From positions 1 through 64,000 of the forward strand of contig OZ024751.1 in assembly GCA_964016885.1 (NCBI GenBank): a stretch of 64,000 nt of DNA. The letters are read 5' to 3'. The stretch is from Eledone cirrhosa (lineage: Eukaryota). Numbering within the stretch: position 1 is the stretch's first letter; the number at the start of each line of letters is the position of its first letter. Below the pieces are notes generated by a model, which saw only the letters and a program-made list of their open reading frames with translations, made no database searches and was not told the origin of the DNA. A program made the translations under genes and the position numbers. This document shows, one piece after another, positions 38,301-52,600 of the stretch.

Positions 38301-41300
38301 AGAACCTTGCCACACTATACTGGCTTTATCTACTGAACACCACCACCACATCCCATCTATATAGTTAGAACCTTGCCACACTATACTGTCTCTATCTACT
38401 GTACAATACCACCACCACATCCCATCTATATAGTTAGAACCTTGCCACACTATACTGGCTCTATCTACTGTACAATACTACCACTATATCCCATCTATAT
38501 AGTTAGAACCTTGCCAGACTATACTGTTTCTATCTACTGTACACTACCACCACTACATCCCATCTATATAGTTAAAACCTTGCCACACTATACTGGCTCT
38601 ATCTACTGTACAATACCACCACATCCCGATCTATATAGTTAGAACCTTGCCACACTATACTGGCTCTATCTACTGTACAATACCACCACTACATCACATC
38701 TATATAGTTAGAACCTTGCCACACTATACTGGTTCTATCTAGTGTACAATACCACCACATCCCATCTATATAGTTAGAACCTTACCACACTATACTGGCT
38801 CTATCTACTGTACACCACCACTACATCCCATCTATATAGTTGGAACCTTGGCACACTATACTGGCTCTATCTACTGTACAATACTACAACTGCATCCCAT
38901 CTATATAGTTAGAACCTTACCACACTATACTGGCTCTACCTACTGTACGATACCACCACTACATCCCATCTATATAGTTAGAACCTTACCACACTATACT
39001 GGCTCTATCTACTGTACACCACCACTACATCCCATCTATATAGTTAGAACCTTGCCACACTATACTGTCTCTATCTACTGTACAATACCACCACTACATC
39101 CCATCTATATAGTTAGAACCTTGCCAGACTATACTGTTTCTATCTACTGTACAATACCACCACCACATCCCATCTATATAGTTAGAACCTTGCCACACTA
39201 TACTGGATCTATCTACTGTTCACAACCACCACATCCCATCTATATAGTTAGAACCTTGCCACACTATACTGGCTCTATCTACTGTACAATACAACCACTA
39301 CATCCCATCTATATAGTTAGAACCTTGCCACACTATACTGGCTCTATCTACTGTACAATACAACCACTACATCCCATCTATATAGTTACCTTGCCACACT
39401 ATACTGGCTCTATCTACTGTACACCACCACCACTACATCCCATCTATATAGTTAGAACCTTGCCACACTATAATGGCTCTATCTACTGTACAATACCACC
39501 ACCACATCCCATCTATATAGATAGAAACTTGCCACACTATACTGACTCTATCTACGGTACACCACCACCACATGCCATCTATATAGTTAGAACCTTGCCA
39601 CACTATACTGGCTCTATCTACTGTACACCACCACTACCATATCCCATCTATATAGTTAGAACCTTGCCACACTATACTGGCTCTATCTACTGTACACCAC
39701 CACCACATCCCATGTATATAGTTAGAACCTTGCCACACTATACTGGCTCTATCTACTGTACAATACCACCACTACATCCCATTTATATAGTTAGAACCTT
39801 GCCACACTATACTGGCTCTATCTACTGTACAATACCACCACTACATCCCATCTATATAGTTAGAACCTTGCCACACTATACTGGCTCTATCTACAGTACA
39901 CCACCACCACATGCCATCTATATAGTTAGAAGCTTGCCACACTATACTGGTTCTATCTACTGTACAATACCACCACTACATCCCATCTATATAGTTAGAA
40001 CCTTGCCACACTATACTGGCTCTATCTACAGTACACCACCACCACATGCCATCTATATAGTTAGAACCTTGCCACACTATACTGGCTCTATCTACAGTAC
40101 ACCACCACCACATGCCATCTATATAGTTAGAACCTTACCACACTATACTGGTTCTATCTACTGTACAATACCACCACTACATCCCATCTATATAGTTAGA
40201 ACCTTGCCACACTATACTGGCTCTATCTACTGTACAATACCACCACCACATCCCCATCTATATAGTTAGAACCTTGCCACACTATACTGGCTCTATCTAC
40301 TGTACAATACTACCACTGCATCCCGTCTATATAGTTAGAACCTTACCACACTATACTGGTTCTACCTACTGTACAATACCACCACCACATCCCATCTATA
40401 TAGTTAGAACCTTGCCACACTATACTGTCTCTATCTACTGTACGATACCACCACTACATCCCATCTATATAGTTAGAACCTTGCCACACTATACTGGCTC
40501 TATCTACTGTACAATACTACCACTATATCCCATCTATATAGTTAGAACCTTGCCACACTATACTGGCTCTATCTACTGTACACCACCACCACATCCCATC
40601 TATATAGTTAGAACCTTGCCACACTATACTGGCTCTATCTACTGTACAATACTACCACTATATCCCATCTATATAGTTAGAACCTTGCCACACTATACTG
40701 GCTCTATCTACTGTACACCACCACCACATCCCATCTATATAGTTAGAACCTTGCCACACTATACTGGCTCTATCTACTGTACAATACTACCACTATATCC
40801 CATCTATATAGTTAGAACCTTGCCACACTATACTGGCTCTATCTACTGTACACCACCACCACATCCCATCTATATAGTTAGAACCTTGCCACACTATACT
40901 GGCTCTATCTACTGTACAATACTACCACTGCATCCCATCTATATAGTTAGAACCTTACCACACTATACTGGCTCTACCTACTGTACGATACCACCACTAC
41001 ATCCCATCTATGTAGTTAGAAGCTTGCCACACTATACTGGTTTTATCTACTGTACACCACCACCACATCCCATCTATATAGTTAGAACCTTACCACACTA
41101 TACTGGCTCTACCTACTGTACGATACCACCACTACATCCCATCTATATAGTTAGAACCTTGCCACACTATACTGGCTCTATCTACCGTACAATACCACCA
41201 CCACATCCCATCTATATAGTTAGAACCTTGCCACACTATACTGTTTCTATCTACTGTACAATACCACCACTACATCCCATCTATATAGTTAGAACCTTGC

Positions 41301-41990
41301 CACACTATACTGGATCTATCTACTGTTCACAACCACCACATCCCATCTATATAGTTAGAACCTTGCCAGACTATACTGTTTCTATCTACTGTACAATACC
41401 ACCACTACATCCCATCTATATAGTTAGAACCTTGCCACACTATACTGGATCTATCTACTGTTCACAACCACCACATCCCATCTATATAGTTAGAACCTTG
41501 CCACACTATACTGGCTCTATCTACTGTACAATACTACCACTATATCCCATCTATATAGTTAGAACCTTGCCACACTATACTGGCTCTATCTACTGTACAA
41601 TACTACCACTATATCCCATATATATAGTTAGAACCTTGCCACACTATACTGGCTCTATCTACTGTACAATACCACCACCACATCCCATCTATATAGTTAG
41701 AACATTGCCACACTATAATGGCTCTATCTACTGTACAATACCACCACCACATCCCATCTATATAGTTAGAACCTTGCCACACTATACTGGCTCTATCTAC
41801 TGTACAATACTACCACTATAACCCATCTATATAGTTAGAACCTTGCCACACTATACTGGCTCTATCTACTGTACAATACCACCACTACATCACATCCCTA
41901 TTTATACAGTTAGAACCTTGCTACAATATATCTTTCTATCTACTACACAATTTTCCCACCACATCACTATCTATCTAGTTAGAACATACT
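26344..41990 (+). repeat. 66/69-bp satellite array A, roughly 230 copies, with higher-order duplications
   Basis: Monomer TTGCCACACTATACTGGCTCTATCTACTGTAC(AAT)ACCACCAC(T/C)ACATCCCATCTATATAGTTAGAACC. Variant blocks recur at offsets of 7533 and 2851 bp. Confidence 0.97.
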
Positions 41991-42005
41991 ATATTTGCTC
42001 TTTCT

Positions 42006-43680
42006 ATCATCATCATCATCGTTTTATGTTGATTCTTCCACACCAGCATGGGTTAGACGGGTTGTCCTGTTGTGGGTAATGTTAGGTTGGCTGACCTTGT
42101 CTTGCCTATATGGGAACCGATTTTGGCTTGATTTCTACAGCTGGATGCCCTTCCTAACACCAACCTCATTTACAGTGAGAGTTCGGTGCTTTTTTTTTTG
42201 TGGCGCCTACACTTCCACTTTACAGTGTGGGCTGGGTGCATTTTTGTCATGACACCTCCACGACCACTTTGCAGTGGGAGGTGTGGGGGCATATTGTCTA
42301 TATGCTTCAACTTCAGCTTGTTACCATGAGAAGTTGCGTCTTCTGTATTATTTCATGATGCCAGAGGTCACAGTCCTGTGTCATCACCTTTGAGAAGTGT
42401 AATTTGGCAAGGCCCGCTTTTAACACCTCGTCCCACATCTTCTTGGGTCTCCCCACTCCACGACTTCCATCAACTTTTAGTGCTCAGCACCTTTTTATGC
42501 AGCTGTCATCCTTCATACGCATCACATGTCCATACCAATGTAACCTCCTCTCCTGCACACAGCATTTGATTCCTCTTATACTCAGTCTCTCTCTCAGTTC
42601 GTTTATGCTTTGCCATTTGTGTATATTACTATTACACACCCATCGGAGCATGCAAGCTTTGTTGCTCTCTAATCTATGCAAGTCTTCTACAGACAGTGCC
42701 CAGGTCTCACTACCATGTAACATTGTTGTTCATATACACGCATCATACAGTCTGCCTTTCATTTTGAGGGAAAAGCCTTTTGCAGCTAGCAGTGGCAGTA
42801 GCTCCCTGAACTTATTCCATTCCATTCTTACCCTGGTTATTGTACTTTCAGAACAGCCACCTCTGCAGCTAATTTGGTCACCTAGGTAGCAGAAGCTGTC
42901 TACTGTTTCTACAGAGCCCTCCCTGAGTTTGGTAGTGCTTGTTTCCTGTGGCCGTTTGCTGCTTGCTGTCCCGGTACAGTTGCTACATGTAAAGCCTACA
43001 TTCCTAACTAAGCTTCCTAAGATCCCACTACATCTCTTGTGTACCCATTGTTTGCATTTGGGGAAGAGGATAGAATTCCTACCTACACCCTTCCTACATA
43101 CTGAGCAAGGCCATTTCCCTGAGGGGATCTGAGTTTGTTTTCTCGTCTACTTACGAGGACCTTAATCTTTGTCAGGTTGACTTTAAGACACCTTCTTTCT
43201 AGTCCCTGCTTACAAGTTTGGAATTTCTTCTGTAGTTCCACCATAGATTCAGCTATAAGTGCGAGGTCATCTGCATACAGGAGTTCCCATGGGAATCCGG
43301 TCTTAAACTCCTCCATTATTGCCTGCAGGACTATGATGAACAGGAGAGAGCTAAGAACAGAGCCCTGGTGGACACCGACCTGTATGCTAAATTCCTCGCT
43401 ATAGTCATTGTTAACCCTTACTTTGCTGACTGCTCTGCTATACATGGCTTGTACAGTTTTCACAAGCCATTCATCTACTCCTAGTTTTCTAAGAGCCCAC
43501 CAGATTATAGCACAGGGAACTCTGTCAAAGGATTTCTCGAGATCGACGAATGCCAGGTAGAGTGGCTTACTTTTAGCTAGGTACTTTTCCTGCAACTGCC
43601 TCACAAAGAAGAGGGCATCAGTGGTGCTTTTTCTTGACACAAACACAAACTGCATCTCATCTAGTTTTACCTGATCCCTA
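42006..43680 (-). mobile_element. RTE LINE copy 3 (related subfamily), 5'-truncated at the satellite B junction
   Basis: Shows EMQF.., [26 protein letters not shown], the PHD-like insert, MLHGSETW and RLHWYGHVMRM. The (CAT)n tail is at ~42007-42020. Confidence 0.93.
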
Positions 43681-46600
43681 CACACCCCCACCTATCTAGT
43701 TACAACCTTACTCCAATGACTCTACTGTACAATATCACCCCCACACCACCGTCTATCTAGTTACAACCTTACTCCAATGACTCTACTGTACAATATCACC
43801 CCCACACTCCCATCTATCTAGTTACAACCTTACTCCAATGACTCTACTGTACAATATCACCCCCCACACCATCGTCTATCTAGTTACGACCTTACTCCAA
43901 TGACTCTACTGTACAATATCACCCCCACACCACCATCTATCTAGTTACAAGCTTACTCCAATGACTCTACTGTACAATATCACCCCCACACCACCGTCTA
44001 TCTAGTTACAACCTTACTCCAATGACTCTACTGTACAATATCACCCCCACACCACCATCTATCTAGTTACAACCTTACTCCAATGACTCTACTGTACAAT
44101 ATCACCCCCACACCCCCACCTATCTAGTTACAACCTTACTCCAATGACTCTACTGTACAATATCACCCCCACACCACCGTCTATCTAGTTACGACCTTAC
44201 TCCAATGACTCTACAGTACAATATCACCCCCACACCCCCACCTATCTAGTTACAACCTTACTCCAATGACTCTACTGTACAATATCACCCCTACACTCCC
44301 ATCTATCTAGTTACAACCTTACTCCAATGACTCTACTGTACAATATCACCCCCACACCACCGTCTATCTAGTTACAACCTTACTCCAATGACTCTACTGT
44401 ACAATATCACCCCCACACTCCCATCTATCTAGTTACAACCTTACTCCAATGACTCTACTGTACAATATCACCCCCACACCACCGTCTATCTAGTTACGAC
44501 CTTACTCCAATGACTCTACAGTACAATATCACCCCCACACCCCCACCTATCTAGTTACAACCTTACTCCAATGACTCTACTGTACAATATCACCCCCACA
44601 CTCCCATCTATCTAGTTACAACCTTACTCCAATGACTCTACTGTACAATATCACCCCCACACCACCGTCTATCTAGTTACAACCTTACTCCAATGACTCT
44701 ACTGTACAATATCACCCCCACACTCCCATCTATCTAGTTACAACCTTACTCCAATGACTCTACTGTACAATATCACCCCCACACCACCGTCTATCTAGTT
44801 ACGACCTTACTCCAATGACTCTACTGTACAATATCACCCCCACACCACCGTCTATCTAGTTACAACCTTACTCCAATGACTCTACTGTACAATATCACCC
44901 CCACACCACCATCTATCTAGTTACAACCTTACTCCAATGAATCTACTGTACAATATCACCCCCACACCCCCACCTATCTAGTTACAACCTTACTCCAATG
45001 ACTCTACAGTACAATATCACCCCCACACCCCCACCTATCTAGTTACAACCTTACTCCAATGACTCTACAGTACAATATCACCCCCACACCACCATCTATC
45101 TAGTTACAACCTTACTCCAATGACTCTACTGTACAATATCACCCCCACACCACCGTCTATCTAGTTACAACCTTACTCCAAAGACTCTACTGTACAATAT
45201 CACCCCCACACCACCATCTATCTAGTTACAACCTTACTCCAAAGACTCTACTGTACAATATGACCCCCACACCACCATCTATCTAGTTACAACCTTACTC
45301 CAAAGACTCTACTGTACAATATCAGCCACACACCACCATCTATCTAGTTACAACCTTACTCCAATGACTCTACTGTACAATATCACCCCCACACCACCAT
45401 CTATCTAGTTACAACCTTACTCCAAAGACTCTACTGTACAATATCACCCCCACACTCCCACCTATCTAGTTACAACCTTACTCCAATGACTCTACTGTAC
45501 AATATCACCCCCACACCACCGTCTATCTAGTTACAACCTTACTCCAATGACTCTACTGTACAATATCACCCCCACACCACCACCTTTCTAGTTACAACCT
45601 TACTCCAATGACTCTACGGTACAATATCACCCCCACGACCCAATCTATCTAGTTACAACCTTACTCCAATGACTCTACTGTACAATATCACCCCCACACC
45701 ACCATCTATCTAGTTACAACCTTACTCCAATGACTCTACTGTACAATATCACCCCCACACCACCGTCTATCTAGTTACGACCTTACTCCAATGACTACAG
45801 TACAATATCACCCCCACACCCCCACCTATCTAGTTACAACCTTACTCCAATGACTCTACTGTACAATATCACCCCCACACTCCCATCTATCTAGTTACAA
45901 CCTTACTCCAATGACTCTACTGTACAATATCACCCCACACCACCGTCTATCTAGTTACGACCTTACTCCAATGACTCTACAGTACAATATCACCCCCACA
46001 CCCCCACCTATCTAGTTACAACCTTACTCCAATGACTCTACTGTACAATATCACCCCCACACTCCCACCTATCTAGTTACAACCTTACTCCAATGACTCT
46101 ACTGTACAATATCACCCCCACACCACCATCTATCTAGTTACAACCTTACTCCAATGACTCTACTGTACAATATCACCCCCACACTCCCATCTATCTAGTT
46201 ACAACCTAACTCCAATGACTTTACTGTACAATATCACCCCCACACCACCGTCTATCTAGTTACAACCTTACTCCAATGACTCTACTGTACAATATCACCC
46301 CCACACCACCGTCTATCTAGTTACAACCTTACTCCAATGACTCTACTGTACAATATCACCCCCACACCACCGTCTATCTAGTTACAACCTTACTCCAATG
46401 ACTCTACTGTACAATATCACCCCCACACCACCGTCTATCTAGTTACGACCTTACTCCAATGACTCTACTGTACAATATCACCCCCACACTCCCATCTATC
46501 TAGTTACAACCTTACTCCAATGACTCTACTGTACAATATCACCCCCACACCACCGTCTATCTAGTTACAACCTTACTCCAATGACTCTACTGTACAATAT

Positions 46601-49600
46601 CACCCCCACACCACCGTCTATCTAGTTACAACCTTACTCCAATGACTCTACTGTACAATATCACCCCCACACCACCGTCTATCTAGTTACGACCTTACTC
46701 CAATGACTCTACTGTACAATATCACCCCCACACCCCCACCTATCTAGTTACAACCTTACTCCAATGACTCTACTGTATAATATCACCCCCACACTCCCAT
46801 CTATCTAGTTACAACCTTACTCCAATGACTCTACTGTACAATATCACCCCCACACCACCGTCTATCTAGTTACAACCTTACTCCAATGACTCTACTGTAC
46901 AATATCACCCCCACACTCCCATCTATCTAGTTACAACCTTACTCCAATGACTCTACTGTACAATATCACCCCCACACCACCGTCTATCTAGTTACGACCT
47001 TACTCCAATGACTCTACTGTACAATATCACCCCCACACTACCGTCTATCTAGTTACAACCTTACTCCAATGACTCTACTGTACAATATCACCCCCACACC
47101 ACCATCTATCTAGTTACAACCTTACTCCAATGAATCTACTGTACAATATCACCCCCACACCCCCACCTATCTAGTTACAACCTTACTCCAATGACTCTAC
47201 TGTACAATATCACCCCCACACTCCCATCTATCTAGTTACAACCTTACTCCAATGACTCTACTGTACAATATCACCCCACACCACCGTCTATCTAGTTACG
47301 ACCTTACTCCAATGACTCTACAGTACAATATCACCCCCACACCCCCACCTATCTAGTTACAACCTTACTCCAATGACTCTACTGTACAATATCACCCCCA
47401 CACTCCCACCTATCTAGTTACAACCTTACTCCAATGACTCTACTGTACAATATCACCCCCACACCACCATCTATCTAGTTACAACCTTACTCCAATGACT
47501 CTACTGTACAATATCACCCCCACACTCCCATCTATCTAGTTACAACCTAACTCCAATGACTTTACTGTACAATATCACCCCCACACCACCGTCTATCTAG
47601 TTACAACCTTACTCCAATGACTCTACTGTACAATATCACCCCCACACCACCGTCTATCTAGTTACAACCTTACTCCAATGACTCTACTGTACAATATCAC
47701 CCCCACACCACCGTCTATCTAGTTACAACCTTACTCCAATGACTCTACTGTACAATATCACCCCCACACCACCGTCTATCTAGTTACGACCTTACTCCAA
47801 TGACTCTACTGTACAATATCACCCCCACACTCCCATCTATCTAGTTACAACCTTACTCCAATGACTCTACTGTACAATATCACCCCCACACCACCGTCTA
47901 TCTAGTTACAACCTTACTCCAATGACTCTACTGTACAATATCACCCCCACACCACCGTCTATCTAGTTACAACCTTACTCCAATGACTCTACTGTACAAT
48001 ATCACCCCCACACCACCGTCTATCTAGTTACGACCTTACTCCAATGACTCTACTGTACAATATCACCCCCACACCCCCACCTATCTAGTTACAACCTTAC
48101 TCCAATGACTCTACTGTATAATATCACCCCCACACTCCCATCTATCTAGTTACAACCTTACTCCAATGACTCTACTGTACAATATCACCCCCACACCACC
48201 GTCTATCTAGTTACAACCTTACTCCAATGACTCTACTGTACAATATCACCCCCACACTCCCATCTATCTAGTTACAACCTTACTCCAATGACTCTACTGT
48301 ACAATATCACCCCCACACCACCGTCTATCTAGTTACGACCTTACTCCAATGACTCTACTGTACAATATCACCCCCACACTACCGTCTATCTAGTTACAAC
48401 CTTACTCCAATGACTCTACTGTACAATATCACCCCCACACCACCATCTATCTAGTTACAACCTTACTCCAATGAATCTACTGTACAATATCACCCCCACA
48501 CCCCCACCTATCTAGTTACAACCTTACTCCAATGACTCTACAGTACAATATCACCCCCACACCCCCACCTATCTAGTTACAACCTTACTCCAAAGACTCT
48601 ACTGTACAATATCAGCCACACACCACCATCTATCTAGTTACAACCTTACTCCAATGACTCTACTGTACAATATCACCCCCACACCACCATCTATCTAGTT
48701 ACAACCTTACTCCAAAGACTCTACTGTACAATATCACCCCCACACTCCCACCTATCTAGTTACAACCTTACTCCAATGACTCTACTGTACAATATCACCC
48801 CCACACCACCGTCTATCTAGTTACAACCTTACTCCAATGACTCTACTGTACAATATCACCCCCACACCACCACCTTTCTAGTTACAACCTTACTCCAATG
48901 ACTCTACGGTACAATATCACCCCCACGACCCAATCTATCTAGTTACAACCTTACTCCAATGACTCTACTGTACAATATCACCCCCACACCACCATCTATC
49001 TAGTTACAACCTTACTCCAATGACTCTACTGTACAATATCACCCCCACACCACCGTCTATCTAGTTACGACCTTACTCCAATGACTCTACAGTACAATAT
49101 CACCCCCACACCCCCACCTATCTAGTTACAACCTTACTCCAATGACTCTACTGTACAATATCACCCCCACACTCCCACCTATCTAGTTACAACCTTACTC
49201 CAATGACTCTACTGTACAATATCACCCCCACACCACCATCTATCTAGTTACAACCTTACTCCAATGACTCTACTGTACAATATCACCCCCACACTCCCAT
49301 CTATCTAGTTACAACCTTACTCCAATGACTCTACTGTACAATATCACCCCCACACCACCGTCTATCTAGTTACGACCTTACTCCAATGACTCTACTGTAC
49401 AATATCACCCCCACACCACCGTCTATCTAGTTACAACCTTACTCCAATGACTCTACTGTACAATATCACCCCCACACCACCGTCTATCTAGTTACAACCT
49501 TACTCCAATGACTCTACTGTACAATATCACCCCCACACTCCCATCTATCTAGTTACAACCTTACTCCAATGACTCTACTGTACAATATCACCCCCACACC

Positions 49601-52600
49601 ACCGTCTATCTAGTTACGACCTTACTCCAATGACTCTACAGTACAATATCACCCCCACACCCCCACCTATCTAGTTACAACCTTACTCCAATGACTCTAC
49701 TGTACAATATCACCCCCACACTCCCACCTATCTAGTTACAACCTTACTCCAATGACTCTACTGTACAATATCACCCCCACACCACCATCTATCTAGTTAC
49801 AACCTTACTCCAATGACTCTACTGTACAATATCACCCCCACACTCCCATCTATCTAGTTACAACCTTACTCCAATGACTCTACTGTACAATATCACCCCC
49901 ACACCACCGTCTATCTAGTTACAACCTTACTCCAATGACTCTACTGTACAATATCACCCCCACACCACCGTCTATCTAGTTACAACCTTACTCCAATGAC
50001 TCTACTGTACAATATCACCCCCACACCACCGTCTATCTAGTTACGACCTTACTCCAATGACTCTACTGTACAATATCACCCCCACACCACCATCTATCTA
50101 GTTACAACCTTACTCCAATGACTCTACTGTACAGTATCACCCCCACACCACCATCTATCTAGTTACAACCTTACTCCAAAGACTCTACTGTACAATATCA
50201 CCCCCACACTCCCACCTATCTAGTTACAACCTTACTCCAATGACTCTACTGTACAATATCACCCCCACACCACCGTCTATCTAGTTACAACCTTACTCCA
50301 ATGACTCTACTGTACAATATCACCCCCACACCACCATCCTTCTAGTTACAACCTTACTCCAATGACTCTACGGTACAATATCACCCCCACGACCCAATCT
50401 ATCTAGTTACAACCTTACTCCAATGACTCTACTGTACAATATCACCCCCACACCACCATCTATCTAGTTACAACCTTACTCCAATGACTCTACTGTACAA
50501 TATCACCCCCACACCACCATCTATCTAGTTACAACCTTACTCCAATGACTCTACTGTACAATATCACCCCCACACTCCCATCTATCTAGTTACAACCTTA
50601 CTCCAATGACTCTACTGTACAATATCACCCCCACACCACCATCTATCTAGTTACAACCTTACTCCAATGACTCTACTGTACAATATCACCCCCACACCAC
50701 CATCTATCTAGTTACAACCTTACTCCAATGACTCTACTGTACAGTATCACCCCCACACCACCATCTATCTAGTTACAACCTTACTCCAAAGACTCTACTG
50801 TACAATATCACCCCCACACTCCCACCTATCTAGTTACAACCTTACTCCAATGACTCTACTGTACAATATCACCCCCACACCACCGTCTATCTAGTTACAA
50901 CCTTACTCCAATGACTCTACTGTACAATATCACCCCCACACCACCATCCTTCTAGTTACAACCTTACTCCAATGACTCTACGGTACAATATCACCCCCAC
51001 GACCCAATCTATCTAGTTACAACCTTACTCCAATGACTCTACTGTACAATATCACCCCCACACCACCATCTATCTAGTTACAACCTTACTCCAATGACTC
51101 TACTGTACAATATCACCCCCACACCACCATCTATCTAGTTACAACCTTACTCCAATGACTCTACTGTACAATATCACCCCCACACTCCCATCTATCTAGT
51201 TACAACCTTACTCCAATGACTCTACTGTACAATATCACCCCCACACCACCATCTATCTAGTTACAACCTTACTCCAATGACTCTACTGTACAATATCACC
51301 CCCACACTCCCATCTATCTAGTTACAACCTTACTCCAATGACTCTACTGTACAATATCACCCCCACACCACCGTCTATCTAGTTACAACCTTACTCCAAT
51401 GACTCTACTGTACAATATCACCCCCACACCACCGTCTATCTAGTTACAACCTTACTCCAATGACTCTACTGTACAATATCACCCCCACACCACCGTCTAT
51501 CTAGTTACGACCTTACTCCAATGACTCTACTGTACAATATCACCCCCACACCACCGTCTATCTAGTTACAACCTTACTCCAATGACTCTACTGTACAATA
51601 TCACCCCCACACCACCGTCTATCTAGTTACGACCTTACTCCAATGACTACAGTACAATATCACCCCCACACCCCCACCTATCTAGTTACAACCTTACTCC
51701 AATGACTCTACTGTACAATATCACCCCCACACTCCCATCTATCTAGTTACAACCTTACTCCAATGACTCTACTGTACAATATCACCCCACACCACCGTCT
51801 ATCTAGTTACGACCTTACTCCAATGACTCTACAGTACAATATCACCCCCACACCCCCACCTATCTAGTTACAACCTTACTCCAATGACTCTACTGTACAA
51901 TATCACCCCCACACTCCCACCTATCTAGTTACAACCTTACTCCAATGACTCTACTGTACAATATCACCCCCACACCACCATCTATCTAGTTACAACCTTA
52001 CTCCAATGACTCTACTGTACAATATCACCCCCACACTCCCATCTATCTAGTTACAACCTAACTCCAATGACTTTACTGTACAATATCACCCCCACACCAC
52101 CGTCTATCTAGTTACAACCTTACTCCAATGACTCTACTGTACAATATCACCCCCACACCACCGTCTATCTAGTTACAACCTTACTCCAATGACTCTACTG
52201 TACAATATCACCCCCACACCACCGTCTATCTAGTTACAACCTTACTCCAATGACTCTACTGTACAATATCACCCCCACACCACCGTCTATCTAGTTACGA
52301 CCTTACTCCAATGACTCTACTGTACAATATCACCCCCACACTCCCATCTATCTAGTTACAACCTTACTCCAATGACTCTACTGTACAATATCACCCCCAC
52401 ACCACCGTCTATCTAGTTACAACCTTACTCCAATGACTCTACTGTACAATATCACCCCCACACCACCGTCTATCTAGTTACAACCTTACTCCAATGACTC
52501 TACTGTACAATATCACCCCCACACCACCGTCTATCTAGTTACGACCTTACTCCAATGACTCTACTGTACAATATCACCCCCACACCCCCACCTATCTAGT

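Noticed and set aside
26387-42079. Repeat-protein ORFs (LPHYTGSIYCTIPPLHPIYIVRT)n with apparently frame-preserving 66/69-bp units
   Set aside because: The 3-bp length variation comes from AAT/CCA slippage. Frameshifting variants and stops occur repeatedly, starts are TTG, and the sister array (61 bp) is not a multiple of three.
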